The notes under the pieces are model-generated. The model had not been told where the DNA came from and ran no database searches. It was given only the letters and a program-made list of their open reading frames with translations. DNA of 63,539 nt, filler included, from Thraustochytrium aureum (Eukaryota), in NCBI GenBank assembly GCA_012862495.1. It is 5 parts of 5 records of this genome, joined end to end, with 100 filler letters (N's around TTAATTAATTAA, not from the genome) between each part and the next. Parts side by side here need not be neighbours in the genome. Positions count along the whole stretch, not along the records: positions 17,879 to 31,835 come from BLSG01000320.1; 4 more parts are not named here. One strand, given 5' to 3'. Shown piece by piece: positions 21,068 through 31,585 of the stretch. Position 1 is the stretch's first letter. Every line of letters starts with the position of its first letter. The position numbers were made by a program, and so were the translations under genes.

Positions 21068-21975
21068 TGGGTTCGCTCACGCTGGGTTCACGACGAGCAC
21101 ACAGCGAGCGCAACGTCCTCGCTTGGTCGAGGCCCGAGGGGACACAAAAACGCTCTGCCGCGGAGCGGGACCTTGTGCTGCTGTTTAGTTCTGCCGGAAA
21201 TACCACCCCCAAATGCTCTTCTCTTTCGGCTCTACTCTTTGATAATCCGGTGCACATTTCGCGTTGTGGGAGTTTGGCGTGGGGGTACGAGCACAAATGT
21301 TGCACGGACTCGAGCCGGATCACGATCAGGAACAGACCGCACTGGCAAGCAGCGGCAATTGCTCGCTCGTATGTGGTCCAGGAGCCTCTACACGCGCGAA
21401 AGAGCAAACGATGCAGTTTTCTTTTTTCGCCTCGCATTTGTGCGTTGTGCCGAGTTGTGCAGAGTTGCCAAAGAGTTGTGCAAGCCACAAACAACTTGAA
21501 CAACCGATGCATTGCGCCTTTGCGCCTCCGAGCCCGCCAACTTGTGAGCCCGCGAAATGAAAGGCCGGCCGCTCGCCCTCATCTCTCACCAGTCATGGAA
21601 GAAGCGCAGATGAAGCTGGAAGCTTTTGCGGCAACCTGCACAAGTCACAAGGCGGTGAGAAAACTACTTTCAGAACAGACGGATGATGGATGACCCCACC
21701 CTCGATGGTTCGTTTACTCCTTCCTGCCAGTCCACGTGCTGCTCGGCAGCCTCCTCTCATGATCGTTTGTGCTCGCTCGGGCGGCACGAAGGCGCGACTA
21801 GCAGCAGCAGGCGAACAAGGCTACAGACACCCAAAGTACAGGTAGTACTCGAGTGCTGCTCTTCTTGCTCGGAGACACGCAGTGCAACGGCGTGGCGCGC
21901 GAGAGTTCACGCCCCGGCAAGTCGAGCTTGTTGGCTCCCTCAAACATCAAAGAGCGCGCTGGGCGAGCGGCAGGC

Positions 21976-24561
21976 ATGGTGTCCACCTTGGCCGCGCTAG
22001 TTGCGCTGGTTGTGACTCGGCTGTGTTGCACGTCTGCCGCTGCAGACGTCCTGAACGTCACCCTGTTTACTGAGCAGACTGTCACAAGGATCACGACAGA
22101 GTCGGACTGCGCGAGCGAGATCGCTGGAAACTGGGCGGACGGCACCTGCTACTACGGAAGCAAATTTGCCGTGCTCAGCGCCGTTGGTCATCTTGCCGCC
22201 AAGCACTTCAACGAGCGAAATGGGACCTACGTCAAGGAACTCGCCGGCTTGACGTGCGATGGTCTTCAGCTCTCGCTGCACGAGTTGGACGCGGGGTTCT
22301 CGGCCGACCTGACCGTTCAGCGCACGATCGATCTGGTAACGAGCGACAGCTTGGTCACCAACGTGGTGGTTGGCCCGGCTTCGTCGTCAGCCTCGATCCC
22401 CACCGCTCTCATCCTTGGCGCGCGAGACATCCCGCAAGTCTCCTACTGGGCGACCTCAACAGAGCTCGACAAGGATCAGTACAAGCGGTTCATGCGAACG
22501 ATTCCCACAGACGCCGACGTGGCCGCCTCGACGTGCGCGTACTGGAATTCTTTGGGCTACAAGTACACGGCAATGCTTTTCGAGAACGAAGGGTATGGTG
22601 AGGCCTACAAGGAGGCGATCGTCTCTAGCTGCAGCCCGAAAATCGAGGTGCTCACGCTCCCCTTCTCGCGCGAAGCCAACGGGCAGCTGACCTCGCAGCT
22701 CAGCGAGCAGATCACCAGGCTGGGCAACTTGACAATCCGCGCCTTCCTTCTCGTGGCCCTAGACGGCGCGCTGAGCACGGTCGTTAGCGAGGGAAGCAAG
22801 TATGGCCTCTTCAATGACTCGATGTGGATTATGTCGGACAGCATCTCCTCCGAAGAGTACGCCGCGATTGCGCCCGAGTTCCGCTCAGCCCTGAACGGCA
22901 CGCTTCGCATTGTGAGTCGAGGCGCCAAAAGTGCGTCGGAAAAGTCAAGCACCAAACAAGAGGGCCCGACGCCATGGGACCGATTTGTTGAGGACTTTGC
23001 GAACTTGGACGTTGCCTCGCTTGATGGGACCGAAAAGTGGCCGGAAGGCTGGAAGCAGCTCGGAAACGTGTTTCGGGACGTGACCACAGAGACTCCCGAG
23101 GTGCGGGACGTGGCGACCTTTGTCTATGACGCCGTGATAGCTGTTGGCCTGGGCGCTTGCGTTTCCGAAGTTTCAAATCCTGCTGGCTTTGGGACGAGGT
23201 TCTACGAAAGGTCGATCGGGCAAAACGGGCAAAACGGAACCTCCTTCGAAGGACTTACCGGGCAAGTGCGCTTCGAGGGGAACCAACAACTCGGAAGGGG
23301 CAACCGCGACAAGTCCACCGCGCGATCAGCCATGTACAACGTGATTTTTGAGCCGATGACCACTGCTCCGCCGGAGGACAAGCTGGTCGGGATTTTTGAA
23401 AACGAGTGGAACTTCCAGTCAACCATAGTGTACAACGGAGGCTCGCTGCAGGTCCCCAGAGACGTTCTTCGCCCTGATGAACAGTTCAACCACCCTGGGT
23501 CTCTTCGCTTTGTGCTTTACGCGATGGGGGGGCTCAACGTTCTGCTGGCCCTTGCTTTGGTGGTTTGGACCGTGTTGAAGCGGAACCACATCATAGTTCG
23601 GGCTTCGCAGGTTATCTTTTTGGCCTGTGTCGCCTTTGGGGTTCTTGTTTCGTCCTCGTCGGTCTTTCTCATCACTTTTGATGATTATTACATCAAGCCG
23701 GAGAACCAAAGTCTGAGCCGAGAATCCATCTATGGCTTTGCCAACACGGGCTGCATGGGATCTGTGTGGCTGTACAGCGTCGGCTTTACCATCACTTTTG
23801 GCGCCCTTTTTGCGCGGATTTGGCGCATCCGGCGGCTTTTCGTGACACGGTCCAGCTTTAAGCGAGTCGTCATTCCCAACTCGACGCTCTTCATCATTAT
23901 CATGGGCCTCCTCGTGCTCGACGTAGCGCTGCTCGCAACGTGGACCCACGTAGATCCGCTTACGTTCACGCGTGTGGATACCGACAAAGACGACTATGGT
24001 AACCGGCAAGCGAGTGTTGGGACCTGCAGTAGCAAATCGTCGCTGGTGTTCCTGCTCGCGCTCGGAGGATTTCATCTCGCAATCCTCGTTTGCGGCAACT
24101 ACATGGCTTGGACCTGCCGAAAGATCAATAGCACCTTTGCGGAGGCGCGCCAGGTCGGCATAGCAATGTGGTCGTATGTACAGGTGCTGGCGCTCGGAAT
24201 CCCTGTGATGGTGATTGTCAGCGAAAACCCCGAGACGCTCATGTTTGTCAAAGGGACCATCGTGTTCCTCAACGACTTTACGCTGTTGCTCTTCCTCTTC
24301 GGCCCCAAGGTTATCAGCGTGCACTCTTCCATAGTTGACACCTCCGGGCAAGGTGGCAACTTTTTCGAGGGGTATGCCAAGCGCTCGAGCGAGGCTGGGC
24401 CATCGTTTTCCGGGTCCAGCCCCTCCAGCGACCCAACCGTGCCTCGGTACAGCTTTGTGCCGCCGTCGTTGGTGGGCGTGCCTCCTTCCTCTGTCCATGG
24501 GGCCCAGCCGTCCGGTCGTCGCACATCGCTGACGATCTCCTCGCCTGGCATGACCTTCTGA
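21976..24561 (+). CDS. Class C GPCR with an ANF/Venus-flytrap ligand-binding domain and 7TM_3
   Basis: Signal peptide; VVGPASSSASIPTALILGARDIPQVSYWATSTELDKDQYKRFMRTIPTD; YDAVIA; FEGLTGQVRF; 7TM with IVRASQ, FGALFARIWRIRRLF, FAEARQV, LFGPK. Confidence 0.92.
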   Translation: MVSTLAALVALVVTRLCCTSAAADVLNVTLFTEQTVTRITTESDCASEIAGNWADGTCYYGSKFAVLSAVGHLAAKHFNERNGTYVKELAGLTCDGLQLSLHELDAGFSADLTVQRTIDLVTSDSLVTNVVVGPASSSASIPTALILGARDIPQVSYWATSTELDKDQYKRFMRTIPTDADVAASTCAYWNSLGYKYTAMLFENEGYGEAYKEAIVSSCSPKIEVLTLPFSREANGQLTSQLSEQITRLGNLTIRAFLLVALDGALSTVVSEGSKYGLFNDSMWIMSDSISSEEYAAIAPEFRSALNGTLRIVSRGAKSASEKSSTKQEGPTPWDRFVEDFANLDVASLDGTEKWPEGWKQLGNVFRDVTTETPEVRDVATFVYDAVIAVGLGACVSEVSNPAGFGTRFYERSIGQNGQNGTSFEGLTGQVRFEGNQQLGRGNRDKSTARSAMYNVIFEPMTTAPPEDKLVGIFENEWNFQSTIVYNGGSLQVPRDVLRPDEQFNHPGSLRFVLYAMGGLNVLLALALVVWTVLKRNHIIVRASQVIFLACVAFGVLVSSSSVFLITFDDYYIKPENQSLSRESIYGFANTGCMGSVWLYSVGFTITFGALFARIWRIRRLFVTRSSFKRVVIPNSTLFIIIMGLLVLDVALLATWTHVDPLTFTRVDTDKDDYGNRQASVGTCSSKSSLVFLLALGGFHLAILVCGNYMAWTCRKINSTFAEARQVGIAMWSYVQVLALGIPVMVIVSENPETLMFVKGTIVFLNDFTLLLFLFGPKVISVHSSIVDTSGQGGNFFEGYAKRSSEAGPSFSGSSPSSDPTVPRYSFVPPSLVGVPPSSVHGAQPSGRRTSLTISSPGMTF

Positions 24562-25052
24562 TCGTTCAACTGACTGATTGATGAATACAAAGTAAATTGG
24601 GTTTACGAGGCAGTTGGATTCGTTGGCGCGCGATGCATGCACGCACCACAAGGTCTCGCGAGGCAGGCAACCTCTTTGGACTTGCTGAGCGTTTGGGAGT
24701 CGCAGGCAGACACGCACGCACAGTTGCAAGACCCCCAGCCCTTGCCGTTCGAAAGACTCTATAGCGTACTGGCGGCCCCTTGACCAAGGGNNNNNNNNNN
24801 NNNNNNNNNNNNNNNNNNNNNNNNNNNNNNNNNNNNNNNNNNNNNNNNNNNNNNNNNNNNNNNNNNNNNNNNNNNNNNNNNNNNNNNNNNNNNNNNNNNN
24901 NNNNNNNNNNNNNNNNNNNNNNNNNNNNNNNNNNNNNNNNNNNNNTTCGAAAGACTCTATAGCGTACTGGCGGCCCCTTGACCAAGGGCTCCCACTCGGG
25001 AGCTCTCCACTGGAGCTAGCTTGGGCTAGCTCTCTCTCTAGAGCTAGAGCTA

Positions 25053-25832
25053 CTAGAGAATTTGAGGGCACATCCTACAGGCCGCAAGCGAGGAGATGCC
25101 TTTGAGCTCATCTGGGAGCCGACGGCGCACCACCTGGAGGTCATAGTTGGCAAACTTGGCGATTGTGCGGAGCTCGGCCACAAGACGATCGCTCCATACG
25201 ACCGCCTTGTCGCGCTCGAGAGCCTTGCGAAGCGAGTTGTATCGCTGCTTTACGTCTACGTTGGTTCGTCCGGGAAAGTTGGGTGCTATTTGAGCCCATC
25301 GATTGCCAAGCTCTTCTCTCAAGGCCAACAGTTTCGCGTCTTCTGCGCATGTCCAACGCCGCTGAACAATGCTAGGATCAAGCGAGTTTTTCCACCGCTG
25401 CCGACATTGCACAGCGGATCGCCTTGGCAGCCGATCGGCAGCTTGAGCCCATGATACGCCGGCCCGAACCGCGTCAATGAGGACTTGGTCCTCTGCCGCT
25501 GTCCAGAGCGAGCGTTTGGCACCCCTCTCGGCTTTGTCGCCGCGCTTCTCACCTGCTCGCGGTGGAGGCGAAGCTGGGCGCGGCCGCTTGCGCTGGCGCG
25601 ACGGCCAGAGCGAGATTGCGACAGTGGCGAACGCGTCGAGAGGGCACGCGTCGAGGATGTCTGCGGCCACTGCCGCAGCCGATTTTGCAAACGATATCTT
25701 TGACTTGCACGCGGCGGCTTCTGGGTCTGGCATCGAAATCGTGCCCGCGACCTGCTGGAAGGCCGTGTCAGCGGCGCCGACCTGAGCTTGGTCGTTAGGG
25801 GCCGTCGGGCCTTCATGACTTGCTTCTAGCAC
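25053..25832 (-). CDS. R2R3-type Myb transcription factor (start uncertain; may join ORF 25838..26149 by frameshift or splicing)
   Basis: WTAAEDQVL...SWAQAADRLPRRSAVQCRQRWKNSLDPSIVQRRWTCAEDAKLL...GNRWAQIAPNFPGRTNVDVKQRY. Confidence 0.85.
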   Translation of the reverse strand: MLEASHEGPTAPNDQAQVGAADTAFQQVAGTISMPDPEAAACKSKISFAKSAAAVAADILDACPLDAFATVAISLWPSRQRKRPRPASPPPRAGEKRGDKAERGAKRSLWTAAEDQVLIDAVRAGVSWAQAADRLPRRSAVQCRQRWKNSLDPSIVQRRWTCAEDAKLLALREELGNRWAQIAPNFPGRTNVDVKQRYNSLRKALERDKAVVWSDRLVAELRTIAKFANYDLQVVRRRLPDELKGISSLAACRMCPQIL

Positions 25833-27058
25833 TCTAGCTAGATCTGTAGACGGCGCACTTGGTGCGACTGCATCTGGCAGGGATAACGGCGCAGGTTCGA
25901 ACGCTTTTGGGAAGGGCAGCTGTCCGAGCCACTCTGCTGTGGGCTTGGACTGAAACTCGACGTTGAAGGAGGTGTGGAGGTGAGGGTTGCGTTTGGCGCG
26001 GGAGCTTGTGCGTGGCTGTCGGCCTGGCTAGCCTCGCAGGCGAGACCGACGGGCAAGAAAGGCGGGTCTGCTAGAGCCTCCACGACTCGAATTATGTCTG
26101 TCCTCGTGAGCTCGGCCGACGCGGAGGAAGCTAGCTGCGCTGTGTCCATCGGGGCGTTGGTTCCTCTTTCGGCGGTGGTCTGCCGGAGCGAGCGCCCTTA
26201 GCCAGCTCTCTCTACTCTGGAGCTAGCTCGCAGCTAAAGCTTGCGCAAGCAAGAGGGACTCGCTGTGTCCTTCCGGTGAGTGAGTCTGGCTGTGCGTTCC
26301 AACGGATGGGCGGCGCGGCCACGAACGCGCTCCCCGCGCGCGTGTCGACAGCCCTGGGACGGTGCTCGGCAAAGTTGAGCGAGCGGGTGCGAGACCGTGA
26401 CTGGGCAAGGCTGGCCAGCCCCTGTCAGAGTTGGCGCTCTGCTCTGAACTGACGTGACTCGAGACTGGCACGCCATTCTCTACCATCGCTCAGTACTTGA
26501 GTACTGACAACCAATAGTCGTGCGAGATGTAGTGCTCTTGCAAGATTGAAAATCAATCAAAACAACACAGGCTCTCGCTCACACAGTCAGTCTCTTCATG
26601 TAGCCGAGGCGTACCGGAACATCGGCCTGTCTGTCATGGACGTGGTACCAACTCACCTTCGTACAGGTACCGGTACTCTACTTGTATTCACAGTCATTGT
26701 CAGGGATTCCTCGCCCTGGCAGTTCGATGACAGTTGAAGAGCAAAAAATTGGCATTCTCAACGGCAACCCCAGACCCGTTCAACGCTTGAAAGTCATGCA
26801 TGCGGGCTGGCAGTGGCGCTCGCAGCGCTGCGCCGACTCGGCATGGCACCTTCCAGGTGGTTTTCACCTGGGCCGCTCGCTTGGCGCATCGAGTATCCGG
26901 CCTCCTTGCCAGGTCATCCTCGGTGCTGCGCCATCCTCGTGCGAGCGAAGCCCACACGAATGTCCGTCCAACCACCGCACCGTCTCGCCGGATCCGTTGG
27001 TCTTCCCGATGAATTGTGCGTTTCGCTTTTCGATTCCTGGGCACGGTCCACCCACCAG

Positions 27059-27101
27059 GGCCAAGGTCCAGCAGGCCAAGGTCCAGCAGGCCAAGGTCCA
27101 G
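27059..27101 (+). repeat. 15-bp tandem repeat x3 (GGCCAAGGTCCAGCA)
   Basis: Direct reading. Confidence 0.75.
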
Positions 27102-27231
27102 ACGCCAGACAGGACACACAAGCCAGCGCAGCAACGCAGCGCAACGCAGCGCTGCTCTTGTCGCGCCACGCAGCTCACGCAAGGCAGCACGTCGTTGATT
27201 TCGCTGCTGGCACACAACGCTAGACGTCGAG

Positions 27232-30200
27232 ATGGTTGGCAAGCTGGTTGAAGCAGCGCTGCTCAGCTTGGCGCTTCAAGGAGGCTTGACGAATGGTGCG
27301 CCGAGCGGGTCTCCGCCCTCAGAACTGGCCGTCGAGAAGCCGCGCGGCTACATGCTGAGCTTTGAGGGTGGGCGCACCGCTGCCGGGACGCGCGTAGCGC
27401 CGTTCGACTTTGCAGATCCCGCACTTGCTGGGCTCAAATCCGCCGGAACCATCGCGTCATGGATCCGGTATGAGAGTTCCGGCGGGCGGCGGACCATGGC
27501 CTACCAGTGGGCGCGACCGGCTGACCCGCTGCTTCTCCTTGCCACAGACGACGGCTCGTTCAACGGGCCCAGTCATTACCTCTGGACATACTTTACGTAC
27601 TTTGAGTGGGCACACTTCGTGCAGGTCGTAGACGGCCAGAACGGTGTCAAAGGCTACATGAACGGTGTCCTCGTTGACGACACCCTCGTCGCAGACGACT
27701 ACAGCATGGGGGCTACGAACGCGTCGTTCAACCTCGGGGTCTACCTCAAGAGCGGGGTTCTCCAGCAAAGCTACTCGTTCATGGGCCAGATGGATGACGT
27801 AGCCGTCTGGTCGCGAGCCTTGAATGCGTCCGAAGTTTTAGACATCTACGAATCCGGTGTGGACATCAGCGCGGGGGTGCCAAACGACCTTGCTCTGTAC
27901 TACACGTTTGATGCGCCGCCGTGCTCAGCTGCGCGGATCGACGATCCTTCGTGTCCGCTGACTGGCGATGGCATCGTGCCAAACCTGGGGTCCGCGGGCT
28001 CTGACTACGATCTCGTTCTTGGCTTTGTAAATGCCAGCACAGGCATGGCCTTTGGGCAGACGGCATTCGACTTATCCCAGAATCTGGTCGGCTTTGAGAG
28101 ACCAGTGCTAGCGGCGTCCTCCGCTCCACCCCACCGTGTGCTCCGTAGCGAACTATTTGATGCGAGTGCCCCAATCGTGGCCCACCTTGCACCTGGTGCG
28201 TCATTCAACATCTCGCTCGCCCCTTCAGCAACTGTGCACACGGCGCCAGCCCAGGGCTCGCTCCGCCTGGCCAGCACCGGCCTCGAGGCAAGCTCGGACC
28301 TGAGCGGCGAGACTACTCTGGTGTACGTCGCGCCCGTCGAGGGATTCGACGCCCCCTTTTCGTTCGCACTGGAGGCCGCAGGGGTGGTGCAGTATGTCCA
28401 CGTATGGCCCCACGTTGCGCCGAAACTCTCCTCTGTTGTGAAGAATGGCACGCATACAATCTCTGGCAAAGAAGGATCCGCTACGACCATTTTCTTTCAC
28501 GAGATTTTTGTCGCTGCCGCAGCTGAGCGCATCGAAGTTGAGCTATTGGCGCCGCCGCGAAACGGTTTGCTGCGTCTCAACAAGTTCTCAAGTACCACTT
28601 TCACTGGCAACGTTGTAGCAACGGACGTTTCAGCCTCCGAAAGCGGGATGGTTGTTGCCACTTCAGACTCGTCGTCGGGCGACCTGACGCTCACGTACAC
28701 CCCGAAGCGGTACTTTGAGGAGGTGGACGAGATTGTTGTTCGCGCACGCTCCATGGTATCTGGGCTCGTCTCGTTGCCTGTAGCCATTCGCGTTGACGTT
28801 ATACCGACCACAGACGAGCTTCCGCTCGTGGTGAGTCACGTAATCACCGTCGGGGAGGACACTCCATTGGATGCGGCAAATCACACCGAACTAGAGGCAT
28901 GGGACTCTGAGTCGTACATGGGTGAAGCGATCGCCGTGATTATGACTCTGCCGCGTCTCGGCACGTTGTATGTTGAAGACGGCCCTGGTGGGCCTCTGCG
29001 AGAGGTGAGCAGCCCGTACAACGTTTTGGATGCTGGGCTTGTGTTTGAGCAGTTCGCCACGAAAGTGCTCCGCGTTTCGTCGCACGACGGCTTTGGTGCC
29101 CACGGTCTCCTGGGAGCGCCGTCGTGCAAGTCAACAACGGGCCATGCAGACGCACTCTGCGTCGACGCACGCCTAGAAGATCCCCTCTTCGAGCCATATG
29201 TAGGGCTGCCTGTCTCAATTGCAACGGTGCAAAACGCCACCGTGGCGAGCGGCGTGGAGCCGTGGGGCGTTGTTGAGAAAGTTTCCTACAGCTCGACCGG
29301 CGACGCCGTGTTTGATGTCCGAATGCAGCATGGGTATCGCTTCTGGCCGGCCGACACAGACCAACTCGTGCAGTGCACATTCGTTCATGCTGCGCTACGT
29401 CAACCCGGGAAGCAGCTCGCCTTTCCGGATGATTGTGACGTCAACGCAGCGGCCCAAGATGGCACGGCGGGCNNNNNNNNNNNNNNNNNNNNNNNNNNNN
29501 NNNNNNNNNNNNNNNNNNNNNNNNNNNNNNNNNNNNNNNNNNNNNNNNNNNNNNNNNNNNNNNNNNNNNNNNNNNNNNNNNNNNNNNNNNNNNNNNNNNN
29601 NNNNNNNNNNNNNNNNNNNNNNNNNNNNNNNNNNNNNNNNNNNNNNNNNNNNNNNNNNNNNNNNNNNNNNNNNNNNNNNNNNNNNNNNNNNNNNNNNNNN
29701 NNNNNNNNNNNNNNNNNNNNNNNNNNNNNNNNNNNNNNNNNNNNNNNNNNNNNNNNNNNNNNNNNNNNNNNNNNNNNNNNNNNNNNNNNNNNNNNNNNNN
29801 NNNNNNNNNNNNNNNNNNNNNNNNNNNNNNNNNNNNNNNNNNNNNNNNNNNNNNNNNNNNNNNNNNNNNNNNNNNNNNNNNNNNNNNNNNNNNNNNNNNN
29901 NNNNNNNNNNNNNNNNNNNNNNNNNNNNNNNNNNNNNNNNNNNNNNNNNNNNNNNNNNNNNNNNNNNNNNNNNNNNNNNNNNNNNNNNNNNNNNNNNNNN
30001 NNNNCTCGTTGCGGGAACTAGACGTGTGTGGTACGTGCCCAAGGAAAATGAGCATGGTAGCGACTGGTTCAGCTTCCGGGCGCTCGAGTGTGCTGGCGAG
30101 TTGGAGCGCACATCGCAGGACGCACGTGTGAGCGTCAATATTGTCGCCAAGCCGGACCCTCCCGAGCTTGCAGTGCCAAAGCGGGGCGAGACAATTCTAC

Positions 30201-31585
30201 GGTGCGAAGACGGTGTCGAGTCCGTGTATGTTGACCTCGACCTCACTGGAACGGACTTTGACGCCGACTCAATTGCGATGCACCTCACCAAGGTGCCCGT
30301 TTTTGGCGTGCTCGCCCCCGTACTGGGGAACGGCAGCATGTCTGCGACTCTCACGGAAGGGCAGGCCGTCCCGCCATATTTGAGCGCCAATGCGGAAGGC
30401 AAGACCAGCATGGACTTTCGATTGAGGTACACGCTAGATTGCGGCAGTATCATGCGCTTTGAGGATGACGCTTTTAGTGTGGTGCTCGAGGACGACACAG
30501 GGCTCGCAACGTTGGAAGAGGTTTCGCTCACGCTGTTGAAGGAAGAGCACCTCTTCGTCAAGTCCTCCACCGCGGCGATCTGCATGGCCATGTTTGGCTT
30601 GGACGCCGGCACAGCAACAATAGCGCTTGTGTGGATCCTTTTGCATCGCAACCATTTGATCGTGCGCGCGGCACAGCTCAACTTTCTCGTCATCACAGTG
30701 ATCGGCAGCTACATTTCCAGCGCGACAATTCCGGCTCTCCTAGTGAATGACAAGGGAGGCGTGGCCCAGGCAGACTCGTTCTGCCAAGTCTCTGTGGCGA
30801 TGTACGCCATCGGCTTTGTCGCCACTCTAGCGCCGCTGGCCGCAAAGCTCAATCGCACGCAGCTCGTCTTCGACGAGCGCTTTCGCGCGCGCATGGCGTT
30901 CGGGAACAAGAAGCAGAAGGCAAGTGCTATGCGGCAACTCTCTGGCACCCGCCTCGGTTTTCGCATGCTGCAGCTTGTTCTGGTTGACGTGGTGCTGCTG
31001 GTTGCGTGGAGCGTCGCGGATCCGCTCAAGTACGTGCGTACCCAGACGCTGGACCCGCGTTTCAACTTTCCCAAGTCGTCGACGGGCACGTGCAAAAGTG
31101 ACAAAAGTGGCGTGTTTTTCGGGTTGATCCTGGCGTACCACATCGTGGTTCTGTGTTACATTGGCATTGTATCGTACCGTACGATTCATATCAACACAGC
31201 ATTTAGCGAGGCCAAGTTTGTGCGGATCGCGGTTTTCAGCTCGCTTCAACTGCACATCCTCACCTGCTCAATCATGCTCATTACGGCCGAGGACGTGGAC
31301 ATGATTGCCTTTACTCGGGCGGGACTGGTTTTCCTCAACGACATCTCCATCCTGTTTTTGGTCTTTGGGCCGAAGATGCTCGCGTACTATGTGCCAAGTG
31401 CGCTTGACACGTCCTTGGTTGGCGGCGAAATCATCGCGCGAAGCACTCAGTCTCGCGTCTCGCTTGCACCCTCCGTGGCTTCAACAGCCCGAGCAGGGAG
31501 CTCTGCTAGGATGACGTCGGCCGTCCACCCTAGCTTCATCGGCAGCCAGAAGAGCGAAGCAAAGTTGGCGCCCATGCCCAAATGA
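27232..31585 (+). CDS. Giant class C GPCR: signal peptide, LamG, cadherin/Ig-like repeats, FBXL4-like domain (partly in gap), 7TM_3; ectodomain paralogous to 1..4203
   Basis: LamG WAHFVQV...GYMNG...FMGQMDDVAVWSRALNASEV. Blocks shared with gene 1: LYYTFD..C..PSC...NLGSAGSDYDL, EQFATKVLRVSS, VWYVP..HGSDWFSF..EC.GE. After the gap, 7TM with IVRAAQ, FSEAKFV, VFGPK. Confidence 0.85.

Noticed and set aside
24748..24989. Direct repeat of about 43 bp on both sides of an N gap, possibly a target-site duplication or LTR
   Set aside because: It matches the pattern of overlapping contig ends left unmerged.
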